Positions 35,601 to 48,900 of a stretch of DNA of 64,000 nucleotides are shown here, piece after piece. This stretch comes from Orbicella franksi (taxonomy: Eukaryota). The position numbers were made by a program, and so were the translations under genes. Below the pieces are notes generated by a model. It saw nothing but the letters and a program-made list of their open reading frames with translations. It was not told the origin of the DNA and did no database searches. The DNA lies in contig OZ116710.1 in NCBI GenBank assembly GCA_964199315.1, forward strand, positions 11,284,001 through 11,348,000. The letters run 5' to 3'. Within the stretch, counting starts at the first letter, position 1, and every line of letters starts with the position of its first letter.

Positions 35601-38600
35601 AAAATAAGATTTACTTTATGGGAAAAAAGCACTATTTTCTTATGGGATGCAGCGGGTAATCCTGTGTGGGTAAGATAGTGCTATTTTGCCCGCTCAGGTA
35701 GCCGATCACAGCACAGGATTTGGTTCATCTTGCCTGCTCACTGAGCTACATGTAGTATATAATAAACTGCTTTATTATCTAGACAGTGTTTTACTGGAAA
35801 ATACACCACTCGCAAAATTCATACAAATCCACATCCAAGACTCAAGTGGTGTATTTTCCATATCCGCACTAGTGAAGATATGCAATCGTCAGTAATCTAG
35901 CTCGAAGATATGAATTTTATGTTCTCGTGGCAAGAACAATATCCCACGAGTGAGCGCAGATAGTTTTCTTGCCACTCACGTAACATTAAAGCACTTGAGT
36001 AACACTAAATTAGACTGGATATCACATTGTTCTAACAATGTGATATTTGTATGCTTCAACTTTGTTTTAGACTTTGGCGACAATCTTCAGAGTCCTCCTA
36101 TGGTAGAGCAACCTTCTCTGCCATTAGAAAGAACTTTAGTTGGTGACGAGGAGGAGGAGGAGGAGGAAGAAGATGAAATAGTTATCAATCACCATGACAC
36201 TGCTAGCAATTTACATGGAGAGGACATCCCTTTCTCCAGTGAGCTCAGTATTACTGGAAATCTGACTCCACTCATCAACAGGAACACAGTTGTCCAACTA
36301 GAAGAAGAAAGACCAGATACTGGTAAGTGTGAGCATAAGAGTGATCTATTATAATGTAATTATAATGATACAAAGTCAGACTCAAAGGTAACTAGAAGGA
36401 AGCAACTAATTAATCAACAAGAGGAAGCAATCATATTGTCTTCACATGATGTGAACTGTGCTGGGTACCAAATGTGATCAATGTGAGAAAAGTGTAAGTG
36501 AACAAAAGTGAAGTAGAAATGAGGAGATGACTTTGATTTTACCTGTTCTCTAGTCACTGTGACATCTGACTAGAACCCACTACATGTCGGTGCCCGGTGG
36601 GACGAGGTAATTGGAGGGAAGAAACTACCTGTGGGAAACCACACAAGTAAACAATGTGGGCAACCTTTCTTGGAAAGTTGCTATTTTTTAAATTCATGTT
36701 TGTGCCTGCACTTAAAAACAACCCATTCATGTAGTTACCGAATTTTGCATTTTCAAGGATAACGAGCGTTTAATAATTATTATTGCTTATTTACCTGCAG
36801 GTCAGGATCCTGATACCTTTTTCAGTTCTCACAGTAGAGAAGTTAATACTGATGCCAGTGAACCTGTTAATGGAGAACCTTTGCAGTACAGTTATGGTCG
36901 AGGTGACACATTCTATACCAGGCTTGTACTTTTTATGTTGGCATGATCAACTTTGTAGATAATTCAGGGATCGGAAGAAGTGCCATCCAGTCGTCCAGGA
37001 CTAGTGGATTTTCCTTCAGGCTAGTAACTTTTCATTCGCAAGGGGTCCGCAGCAGGTCATCTGTCAACTAAGGAAAAAAAACTAAACTAAGACTTGCCTA
37101 GGGTAAACCCTTTTTTTATATGCTACAGTGTACTTTTCTGAAGGGCAAGATGGATTTAATTTTTTTTGGGGGGGGGAGGGCCCTGAAATTATATAAATGC
37201 ACTTAAAATAATTATAATGGTTGGTACTAGGATTTGCTTTAGGTTAAATTGTTAGTGTTTGTGATGCTAAACAACAAACGTTTCCTTTTTACCTCTTTAT
37301 GGTGAACACTGAATTTTTATTACAGAGGAGCTGGACATGATGTTACAAAGGAGATCTGGCAGTGGTGATGGTGGGGAGTTGATTGATAGGGTGTCCTTGA
37401 CATCCAGTATCAGCTTTATTCAGTCACAGAGTTTTCCTGACAGTATTTTTAGCCAGAGTTTTAGCAGGTAATATTGGCTGTGGTATCACTCTACTTGAGT
37501 GCAAGATTGGTAATTAAAATGCTCTATAAAGGCTAAATTTCACAAAATTCTCTTGACATCAAATTAAAATATGATGGCCCTGATAAGAAAGGGGCTCATT
37601 ATTTTAATACAAAAAGTTGTTTTACTAACAAATTCTCAAAATTTTTAAAAATTATATTGTCATGAAATACATGTGATAACTTGAGGTACATGTAAATATG
37701 GGATATGTAAGTTACTACATTTTACAACTTGATCTCGCCCTTGCATACATTCTGTCTACCTTAGAGAAAAAGATAAAAGAGGAATCTTTGTTTGTAGAAT
37801 TTACCTCATTAGCATAAGTACTGCAGTTTCAGATCAAGCTACACTGCACAAAAAATAAGATCTGAATTTTGGAAGGCATAGTATAATTAACTCTCCCAAG
37901 ACATCTGGTTGTGATGTATCAAATACATATCGTTTGGAAACTCAAAATTTTATAACAACTGTATGGCCTCATTAGCACTTTTGCCACTTTTTGCAGCTTT
38001 TGAAAGCCAACATGTTCAATTTTGCACCCAAACTTCAACTAGCACTGCAATATTAAAGTTTCACAAGTTCTTTAAACATTTGGAGTAAAATTGTATATCA
38101 TGGCACACTCTCCTTCTGTATGCAACGTTATATCCTAATGATAGAGAAAAATTGTAAACTTTTATGTTTTAATTCCCCCATATCCCAAGACTTCTAAGTC
38201 AGAGGTAAGTTTTAGTTTACTTGTGTAATCAAAAGGCAAGTTCAAATGCACCAGCAGTGATTGTGATCAAATATTTTTCATTGTAGTAGCAGAGGGCATG
38301 GGAGTGGAATGGATTCCAGATCCGAAAGTGATGGCCATGAGGACAATGATGAGAATGCAATGCCTTTGTTGCATGGTGCGGGGGATGGCAGTAACGGTAG
38401 TGCTGGACGCCCTGGCCTTGAAGGTGCTAACTCAGATGTTGAGGATTTGCCAACTCAAGGTGGTCTTCCTTTGGATTTGAGCTCAAGGCTGGAAACCCAG
38501 GGGATAGGTCAGATTTGGTGCACACAGTATCTAACATGCTGTAATAAATTTGTTTGTAATGCAAAAACAGTGGCTCACAGGGTCCAAAATTGCAACCAGC

Positions 38601-41600
38601 TGGTCGCCAATGCGACTAAATTGACTAAATTTTATTGACAGTTTTTGGTGACCACATTTTTCCATCTGGCGACTGAAAAAAAATTCTGTCACCAGTTGGC
38701 ACCTGCCTAAAAAAGTTAATTTCAGACCCTGGCTCATATTTCATTGCAACATGCATTCCTTTGCAAACAAAAAGAACAAATTGGCTATATTGGCATATTA
38801 AATTATTTCCCTACATGTATGGTTTCTTTTAATTCAAAGTTGTCTGAACAAATTATATAGATATGAAAATATTCATTGAATTGCATGTTGCACAACTGGG
38901 AATATAAGGCCAGATTGCCATTGTAATTTGAATGCTAGCATGACTTCATAGATGTACATGATGTTCAACAAGTGAGGTACACTGAAAGGTCTCTGATTAG
39001 TTTCTTGCCAGGGACAAAACGTGCACGTCAAACTAGCATTCAAATACAAATTTTATTGTTACTTAACAGAGTTACGTCAATCAGCTGAGGGTGTTGATGT
39101 TCTCCCTGACATACTGGGAGATGGAGGAGGAGGAGGTGATGGCAGCAGTGGTAACAACAGTGATGCAGATGATGGAGGTCCAGCAGGTGGGAATAGATTG
39201 GTTACGAGCTACATAGGGCATGAGGGACTAATTGGGGAAAGGGTGCTAAATCCCATGTAGTTTTTGGTTCAGCTTCTATAAATCACCTCAAGAGTTCCAT
39301 CTTTTTGAATGCTTGTGAACACTGCTTAATATTTCTTCTGCTGACCAGTGAAGATCAGCAGTATCTTTATTAGGAAAGTATAATATTGTAACTGTTGTGT
39401 AAATATCTAGGTCATCCATTGCGGGTATATCTACTTCTTAAAAGAACAGTTGCTGGTGACTGATGTTTTGACAACCAAAGTGCAAGTCATCTTCACAGTC
39501 AAGAGACAAGCCTGAATTTACTCTGAAGATGCCTTCTGTACAGGTTATTGGGATGCCAGTCATGCCAACAGCAGTTCTTTTTAAAACTAACTGTTCTCAC
39601 TGGGATGGTCATGTAACATGACCAATATTCCTGGGTTCAAACTGTTTACTAAGTTAAAGTAGTCTGGGTCACTTAATAGGCCATATTCGTATTCTTGGTT
39701 TTGGATTAGAAGGAGGCTAGTGTGGGGGAAAATCATTCAATAGAGATTAATGTAATTTGCACTTAGAAAGACTCCCTGCATTAGCCTCGGTTGTGAGTCT
39801 TCCAGTCCGAGAATATGAATATGGCCTGTTCTATTAGGTAACCCAGATGATGTTGATGTTGATGTTGATGTTGGTTGTCATGATTTCCTGTTCAGTAACT
39901 TGAATGTGCTATCTGACAGGAGCTGCATATGCCTCTTCCAGTGCTAGTGCATTGCCATCCTCAACATTCCCTCCAACTATCACATCATTTGGATTCATCA
40001 ACCCGCCCACTGGAGGTGATGCCCTGGGAAGTTCAGCTGTGCCTGTCAGTGATGGGTTGGCAGCAGGGCGGGGCTGTCCTGTAGGTGATTCTGTTGCAGA
40101 CAGGTCACCTGTCTTGGTATCTAGTCCTCCACAGCAGCTAAATGACCCTAGGGACTCAATAAGTATGCCACATCCTTTGCATTTCCAAGCTTCATCCACT
40201 CCCATGGTTAGAGAGGTAAATATATTGGTTATTGATTGACAATTTCAATCATTGTTTTCTTACCTTAGTAGTGCCTATAATTTGTAGCTGTTAATTTGGT
40301 TTGTAAAAGAAAAGTCATGTTAAAGCAATATTAATTGCCGTGAACTTTTCTACAGGCTGGACAACAAGAATATAACAACACAGGTGTTCACAATGAAACA
40401 TCAGCTCTTGAGTCTTGCTACCTAATGGGACGCAATCCTTCTACACCTTACCCTGCTTGGGCTGATGATAGCTCTTTTCACACGTCACAGGTTAGTCTTG
40501 GAATGTCCTGAGGACTTGTTCCTTATGTCTCAAAGGTGGTTTTGAAAATTAATGATAGTAAGGTAAAGTCTGCATCAGGCCAGTGGCCCCCACAGCTGGA
40601 GCTTATACCAGTTTCTGCACCATCAACCAACTACAAGTATTTATACATCTCCATGGATAGGATGCTGGACAATCACAGGGCTACCCCCCAACATTAAATT
40701 TACCAGTACCCATTCATACACCTGGGTGGAGAGAGGCACTGTGAGAGTAAAGTGTCTTGCCCAATATAAAGCAATTCATGACCCCAGCCAGGGCTCAAAC
40801 CTGGATTGCTCAATCCAGAGTCCAGTGCACTTGCCATTAGGCCAATGCCTCCGTAGGTTTTGAAATGAGTTCCATGTTATTTACTTGCTAGATGCTGGGA
40901 AACAGACCTGGTAACACTCTTGCTGAAGCTGAATCACTGACCTTTGATCCCCCTGCTGGTGACACAACTGCAACTGGCCATATTAGCTCACCAGATTTAG
41001 ATATGGTAAGTTTAATAAGTTGATTACTATCCATTGCCTGCTACAGCGTGCCAACATCTACAAGGCCAACCCTCTTATATTAAGCTGTTCCATCAGAGAC
41101 TGTCTCACGAGCATGGACCACAAATTCAACTAGCTGTGAACATTGTGCTCAATTTCTTTTCAGGATTTAAAAAAAGTATGTAACTCACCATTCATCTGTG
41201 GCTGGGAAATCACGGGACTGACTTCTCATAAACTGATTACTTAGTAGTTAACTGAACAATGGTTTATTACTAGTTTTTGTACATGTGCAAGCATTAGTGG
41301 CTTATCATGCCAATGGTTATCTCCGGTTTCCTCGCATGAAGCAATTTAAAGGACTGCTGCTCACCCAGCGTGGAATGCTACACATGCACTGTAGTCCATC
41401 TTATAATCCATCAAATATTTTCCCTTGTGCATGATTGGTCTAAACACGTCACGTGACCGAATGTTCCACAGCTAAAACTGGGGAATATCCGAGAATATTC
41501 TCCAATTTTCAATACTGCACGCGTTGCAAAAACGATTTGAAGAATAATAAACACAATAGCTCCCCATTTCGCGTGAAAATATGCTTGGATATTAATTTTG

Positions 41601-44600
41601 TCCTTGGACATTACATGTATGTGTTCTTCGAAGCTCACAGTTTTCCTCGAGCTATTCTCTCAAAAAGTGTTCGCTTCTGGGAACAGATAATGTCCGTGGA
41701 CAAATATCCTAGCATATTTTCACGCCAAATGGAGGCTATTGCTTTTATATCCTGAGGTTGCCCTGATAATTTGCTAATTCCTATTTATCAGGGTTACCAC
41801 AGGTCAGAAAATGGTCAGTGAAAAAAATTATTCAAGGTCAGGAGAAAGTCAGGGAATAATAGTTTGGGTCAGGGAAAATTGACTTTTTAAAGAAAAGTCA
41901 TGGAAAATTGAAATAACTTAAACATGGCTGTTTTGATACCATTGAAGGCTGGAGGAAACATTTGGGGTCACTGTGATCTCAATGATATTTTTCCTTAATA
42001 GAGAAGGATAAGTTAATGAATGAGTGGAAAGGATGGCAGTTGGTTGAGGCCAGAAGCCACTATTATTGTAGATCTGACATTTTGTATTTGGTGAGGCTAG
42101 GGAAATTTGAATTTTATCAGGGAAAAGTCTGGGAATTTGAAAAGTGATTTCTGTGGCAACCATGTTTATACTCTTCAGAGCTTGACTTTCAGGAAAAAAC
42201 TTTGGGGCCAGCTGGCTCCTTAATTTTCCTATTTTGTTGCCAGCGCAAGTATTTTAGTCACCAAACATTTTCAGCTCTCTGGGCCTCATATATTTCCCCA
42301 AATGGTGCTACCACTTATCTGCAGAATCAAAGTCCAATGCAGTTATCATTAGGCTATCACATCTCCAATAGTAAACCATACTAATTACATGTACCACACT
42401 ATAATGAAGCAATTGAGATAGATTGTGGTGAGGATACCTAACTCTCATATCCACTAGTATAATGTTTTCTTCTGTTATGTAGACACTGATTCCAAATGAA
42501 ATGGCAGTTGGAGCCAAGCATGCACAACTTTCACATCAGAGATCAGGGAGCTGGCACGTTGAACAATCAGCATTATCTGCTCCTTCATCAAATCGCAGTT
42601 CTAACTTTTCACTCAAGTTCAGCAACAGTGCATTCATGGATGGGAATTCAACCATTGACAGTTCACAGCTGTGGAAGGTACTCCTCTGCTGAGTATTTTA
42701 ATTCCTGAGACATTCTTATAAGATCATTGGATCCATTGTCAAGCAGGTCTAGGTGATAAGATACAGGAAACGGTCAGTAATGTGGCAACTTCTTAATTGT
42801 TTAACTTTTGCACTGGGTGTACTGCAAATATTCTTGATAATGATGTCTGTACTTCAGAATATGAAGTGCAGGAGCATGGGTCTACCTTGCCTTTGCTACT
42901 TCCACAACCCTAAGCCATTCATGTGCCACTGCAATTTTGTAGATTCAGAATGTTTGCTCTATTAAATTCAGTCAACACCACGAGATGAAGAAGAAGCAGC
43001 TATGAGGTCCACACCAGGAGTTGTGTTCCAAGGACATCAACGACCATCCACGGTTATGGGAAAGCTAGTTGAGAATAATCAGGTAGATAAAATAATGTTA
43101 TTCTGACTTGTACTTCATTACTTTCTGCAATTACATTTTTGAAACATTACTGTTTGAAATTTTAGCAAGACTCTGGTAGATTAGAACAGTCAAGTGATGG
43201 GGATCAGTCTACAATGCTTGCTTCAGGTCTTCAAACTTGGAAAGCAGGTGAGTAAAACTTTTTGCTCCTGGTTCCTTTAGTTTGATTGCAGTATAGTTAT
43301 TTCAATCAACACCCTTCTTCCAAAATGTGTTCCTATCTCTTCTCTGCACTGATCCACTCTTGTAAAACCAACGATCTGCATATGTGCATATAGAGCAGTT
43401 TCAGTTCACTGTCTAAAGTAATCAGGCAATTACTTTGATTTTGGTTTTACTACGGTTTGAGATTGGTTCAGTAGTGTATTTGGTTTGTTATTGGTTTGGT
43501 TTTAGTTCAACAACACTCAATTGTATTTGAAAACCACTCTATTGTCTGTTACTATCTTTTCTTGGGTTGTCCTCGTTATCATGGACATCGATGGATCCGC
43601 AATCACATAGTCTTCCAACAATTGCCATCTTCTCTTTTTCTTAAAACATGAAAGGAGATTCCCAAGTGCTGACAGAGTTAAGAAGTGGTCGGGATGTCGC
43701 TGATTTACCACTTGAAAAAACCCTGACACCTGGTGGAGTTGCAGAAGAATTCACCCCACAAGCAGCCTCACCATGGGATGTGGACAGATTGTCATCATTT
43801 CCATGGCCTGCGGGTGCAGATGACATGCAAGACTCTGTACTTGGACAAAATTCATTTGGCACTGGAGGTTTGTCTTTGTAGGCTTTGTAGGATGAAAAGA
43901 CATGATGAAGCTTTGGCAGGGTACCCCAAATATAGAGGAATTTTAGGAAATGCTGAGGCATTCAATTTAGGAGAAATAGAGTCCTCAGGTCACCTTATGG
44001 CAAAATACATTTATGTTTTCTTTAAATAGACTCTGGGGATCAACAGCCTTGGACGTTTGGTAATGCTGCTGCATTTGAAGAAAATCCTTTCAGTGGTGAA
44101 AGCAAAAATGACATTTCTTGGATGACGTTTGAGACGCAAGGTACTAACAAAAAGAGCACTTACTCTTAATGATTCTACCAAGTCTCATCCTTTCAGTACC
44201 ATTAAGGGCCCCCATAGCAAAAGTGACAGTCAACACATTGACATAGAATAGACTGATTAGATGAACAAATTATGAAGTCTGCTTTGCATCTGATTGTTTT
44301 ATTGAACATTATGACTATCAGAACTCCTATTGGTACAGTTTTTTAGCAGGAGTATGATCTGTTGGTAAACTTTTATTGAAGTATTGTGCACGTTCAGCTG
44401 TATATGTTCAAATAGAAGTAAACATCCCTGCTAAGCACCCGTTCTCCAATACATGTAAGCACCCTTCTTTGAGCTATCAAAATAAAATTAGTGCTAAGTT
44501 GAATGATTGTGGACAGTAACCATAGAGTACGGAAAGTGAACAAAGTAGAACAAAATTACTCAGCAGGTCCAGCTTGGGCTGCAGATGGGACCTATGAGCC

Positions 44601-45943
44601 TTTCAGTGTATTATCCGCATATTATTTCGAGTGGTATACTATGGAATATCCCATGAGTAACTTGTATTTTCTTGTTATACATACAAGCCTTTAGGAGGGT
44701 GTAACTATTTTATATCATGTCATAGAAAATAGAGTGGGCAACGGAATCAATGTGACATACATGCGCAGTTGGATGTAATATCGTCAAATCTACAACTGTA
44801 CAGCTTTCCTGTATTCTGATTGGCTCTATTTTCTATGGCATGGTATAAAAAGTTATATTTGCAAGTACACAGCAATAGTTTTCATTGTAATTAACTCTTG
44901 ACGTTTTATTCAATGCCCCTATGTATATTGCATCTTGGATGTTATCTTTGTTTGATTCAGTCTCAGTCAAGGGTCAGTAATGCAATTACAAACTCTTTAA
45001 TGTTTGTAGTTGCCGAAATAAAATGACATTCTTTGTATTAGCTAAGTTTTTATTTTTATTTTATTTGTTGTGTAGGAGATGCTGCAGCAATTATTGCAGC
45101 TGATGAAGAGAGTTTCAACAGGGAACATGAACTTGAGATTCCAGTATGTGACAGTCCTTCTGTATAGCTTTATTTTTTCTCAGCCACCTGGATCTCCTTG
45201 GTTTGGGAAAATGATTTAAATTATTGTATGGAGTCGGGCAGAAAGAAAATAGACCTATTTGTAAGAATAATATACTGTAGGTTTCTTCCCAATAACTATT
45301 TATTAGTCCTGCAGTGTTATTGCATTATGCATAAAAGCAGGGGTTTCATAAAGGGCCAGGCACCAGGCAAATTGACCTCTGTGAGGAGAATTTTGCCTGC
45401 TTGATTAAACCATCAAGATGAATGTGTTTCTTATAAAGAAGTTCAGTTCAAAAAGGTTAGCCCTCTTGTGAAAACCAGTTGCCTTCCTTCTAGAACTTTA
45501 ATGAAACCCCTGTAAAAGGCCAGATTTTAGGAAGCCAGTAGCACTGAATTCTTCATTTTTGATACGTACATAGCATACAACTAGTTAAACCCAAATGGCT
45601 ACATGCCCAAAGTCAGTAGGCCAAGAACGGAATGGGGAAAAAGCAAAACATATTATAAAGCCATTGACGACTGGGCCACACTACCAAGTGCTTTAAAGAA
45701 ACTGATGCCGAAAACTATTTTTAAATACAAACTGAAACAGTTTTTATTAAACCATTTTTAACCTTAGTAGTATTTTAATTCTTGTTTTAGTTTTAGTCTT
45801 AGCTTACCGCATAGGTTTTTGTCCTTTTTATTGTAGTTTAGATTTTAATGTATTTTAAAGGTTTAACATTTATTTTCTCAGAGGACCCTCCTGAAAACCA
45901 CCTTATGGTGATTGGAGGCCTCCTCTTAAAATATTATGTACAT

Positions 45944-45983
<40 letters not shown>

Positions 45984-48900
45984 CATTATTAAATGTTTTG
46001 ACTCGCTGTTTTAACTGTTTGCTTGCTTGCTTGCTTGTTTGTTTGTTTATTCAAGTCTCAGGTTCAAAGTAATGACACCACCAAGCTACATGACTGGACA
46101 ATTCCAGACAGTCAGTATATTACCAGACCTTCTCTTCTCAAGGTGGTCGGTGTCAATGATCCTAGTGACATTGGTGAGGTGCGCATATCATTTGGTGCAT
46201 TTCTCGCAGCAGGATCAGGAGAACTTGGTTCTTTGTCGCGGACCAGTCCTGACAGACCCAGGGTAGGTCAACTAATTGATGGATTGCTGTTTTGTTAATA
46301 CCCTGTCATGCAGGGACCTTTGTCACAAAGGGATAGACAATAAGGTTGTCATACAGAGACCAAGGTTGGCTTATGTTTGTTTTAACCTTTTTAAAGGAAA
46401 TTGAGCTGAATATGGTTGGGAAGTTTTGTGTTAAGTTGGCAGTCCTTTTTCGTGACAAAAATTCTACTTCAGGTGCCAGTCTTCACTTGGTAGTAGTTTT
46501 GCAAACCACAGAAACCCACAGTAGCATGATTATGCTTAAGCAGCCTGGAACACACTTAAAAATGCTAACCTGGCCACTTTACTTTCCTGGTATTGACAGG
46601 TTCCAGTGTTTGGTACATGTGCCAGTGGCTGCCAAATGTGATCATTCTGAATACAGTAATCACATTTAATCACATTGTTGTTGTTTTTGTCTTAGCCTCA
46701 TTTTGGAGATGACAAACCTATATTGACACCTTCCCCACAAGCTCCAGTGAGAATGATCAGTAATCCAACTACACCATTGGATCCAGTTATGCAAGAAAAT
46801 TCACCAGATTGCTTTTTAAATAGGACATCTGCAGATGGAGGTATTAAAGATGTAATGCAACAGCAATCCAAGAGCTCTGGTGAGGTTGCTCAAAGATCGC
46901 AGACACAGGAACAACCAAAAAGAATGGAACGATCAGGAGAGTCAAGGAGTATAGATGTATCATCAACTCATGCACCTGGCACAGTTCCTACAGACGTGTT
47001 ATCCTTTGAAATGGAGAAGTTGAAACTTGATGAGCAGTTTAAAACAGATGCTCCAGTGAAAAGCAGAAGTAGAAGTACAAGCCAGACCAGCTCACAGAGT
47101 AGTAGCAGTAAGGGAAGCATTAAGAGTGTCATAAAGAAAACTGATAGCCAAAGTGCACAGTCCAGTAGGAATGTTAATGGTGGAAAGGGTTCTAAACCTA
47201 AAGAAAGAAAACACTCTCACAGACAGGAGAAAAAGGAACGTCAAAATACGAGAAAGCCTCTTGATGTGTCATCAGGATTGGAATTCAAAACTGATCAGGA
47301 ACTTGAAGGGCTTTACATCCATCCCAGTAGAACAAGTTTTCTAAGGAGTTCATCTCTTGGAGATGCTACTTCTGCTGAGAGGATGACACAGTTTATTGCC
47401 AAAGCCATCAATGAAGATCCAGAAGAACTAAGAAAGAAACTGACAGCGGTAGAAAAGCAAAAAGCCAAAGTCAAGTTAAAAAAGAAACAGTTACCATCTT
47501 CTGAAGTGAAAGCAGCATCCCCTAATGCTAGAACCTCTGACTTTAATCCTTTGGCATCCAGCAGTCCACAGACTAAGTCCTCGCCAGAAAAAATGGTGTA
47601 TTCACCAAGACGTATTCAAGTGATTGAACAAAATAACAGTCAGATCTCTCCTGAAAAACTTTCAAGCTACACAGTGGAAGATAGTGTTTTTGTATCACAG
47701 GATTCACCATCAATGGTCCCATTGAGTCTTAAAGAACTTGATTCCAAAGATTTTCCCTTAGAACGAGAATCGATGACTTCTTCTGAAACTGGCATTTTTA
47801 AACACATAATTCCCCAGTTTGGAGAAACATACACAGTACACAAAGCTAAGAAGGAAGCTGAACAACAACAAACTGTTCCTGTAATTGATCCCAGGAAGAA
47901 TAGGACACATGAGATTGAACAAAGACTGGATCGTTCACTTCCTCAGAGCATAGACCCATTTGTTGTTCATGATGGAAATTTCCCACATTCTCCCATGTCT
48001 ACAGGACAATTTCATACCCTAACCCAAGAAATGAACACTGTGCAATCTGATTCTTCTCCACGTACACAAAGACTTGACACGTCTGATAGTGCAGTTGGAA
48101 GCATGACCACTGTGCTGTCACAAGATATGTCAAACAGCAGGCATTCATGGCCAGAGGCTACTCCCAGCGATCAACACAAGCAGATGGAGTTCCACCGGGG
48201 TGATCATGCCAGAGACAACAAAAGCCAACCAGGCACTCCTACTACAGTAGAAGGCCCTATGGGCCATACAGCTCTGGCAGGTGATTTAAGGGTAGCTGTT
48301 CAAACAGGGAATTTAATGCATGAACAGCAAACAACACCCTTGGTGAACCAACATTATCCACCAGTGGGGCTCCCTCTAAGTATTGCACAAGGTATTGTAC
48401 CACTTGGCAATCCAGGCACTGTATCACAATTGTATCCACCCGATGGCTCCTCTGGGTTACCTGGGATGATTGGGCCTATTCTAACTGGGCATGGTTTAAA
48501 TGTTCAGACACATCATGGCACATTATCATATACAGCACCCACAGCATATGGTTCAAGGATGGTTCCTCTGGGCTCAGCCATGTATCCAGGTCAAGGACAT
48601 GGCACAATGAATACCTTCTATGGCCATGTTCCATTTGTTCAGACTGTTTCAGCATCAATGGGACCAAAACCGTCAAGTTTAACACCAACCTATGTCCAGT
48701 CCCTTAATGTCAATATTCCTCAGAACAACCCACATCAGCAAGTCCCTTTGCATCTTCAAGCCAATGGCTCGAGTGTGTCAGGATTTCCAACTTCATTTAC
48801 ACAGCCAAGAGCTCCTGAGTCTATGCCTTTCCATCAACATCCATCGCAACAGATAAGAAATGGACTTCTGCAAGTTAGACCTGATTTTTCCCAGGAAGTG

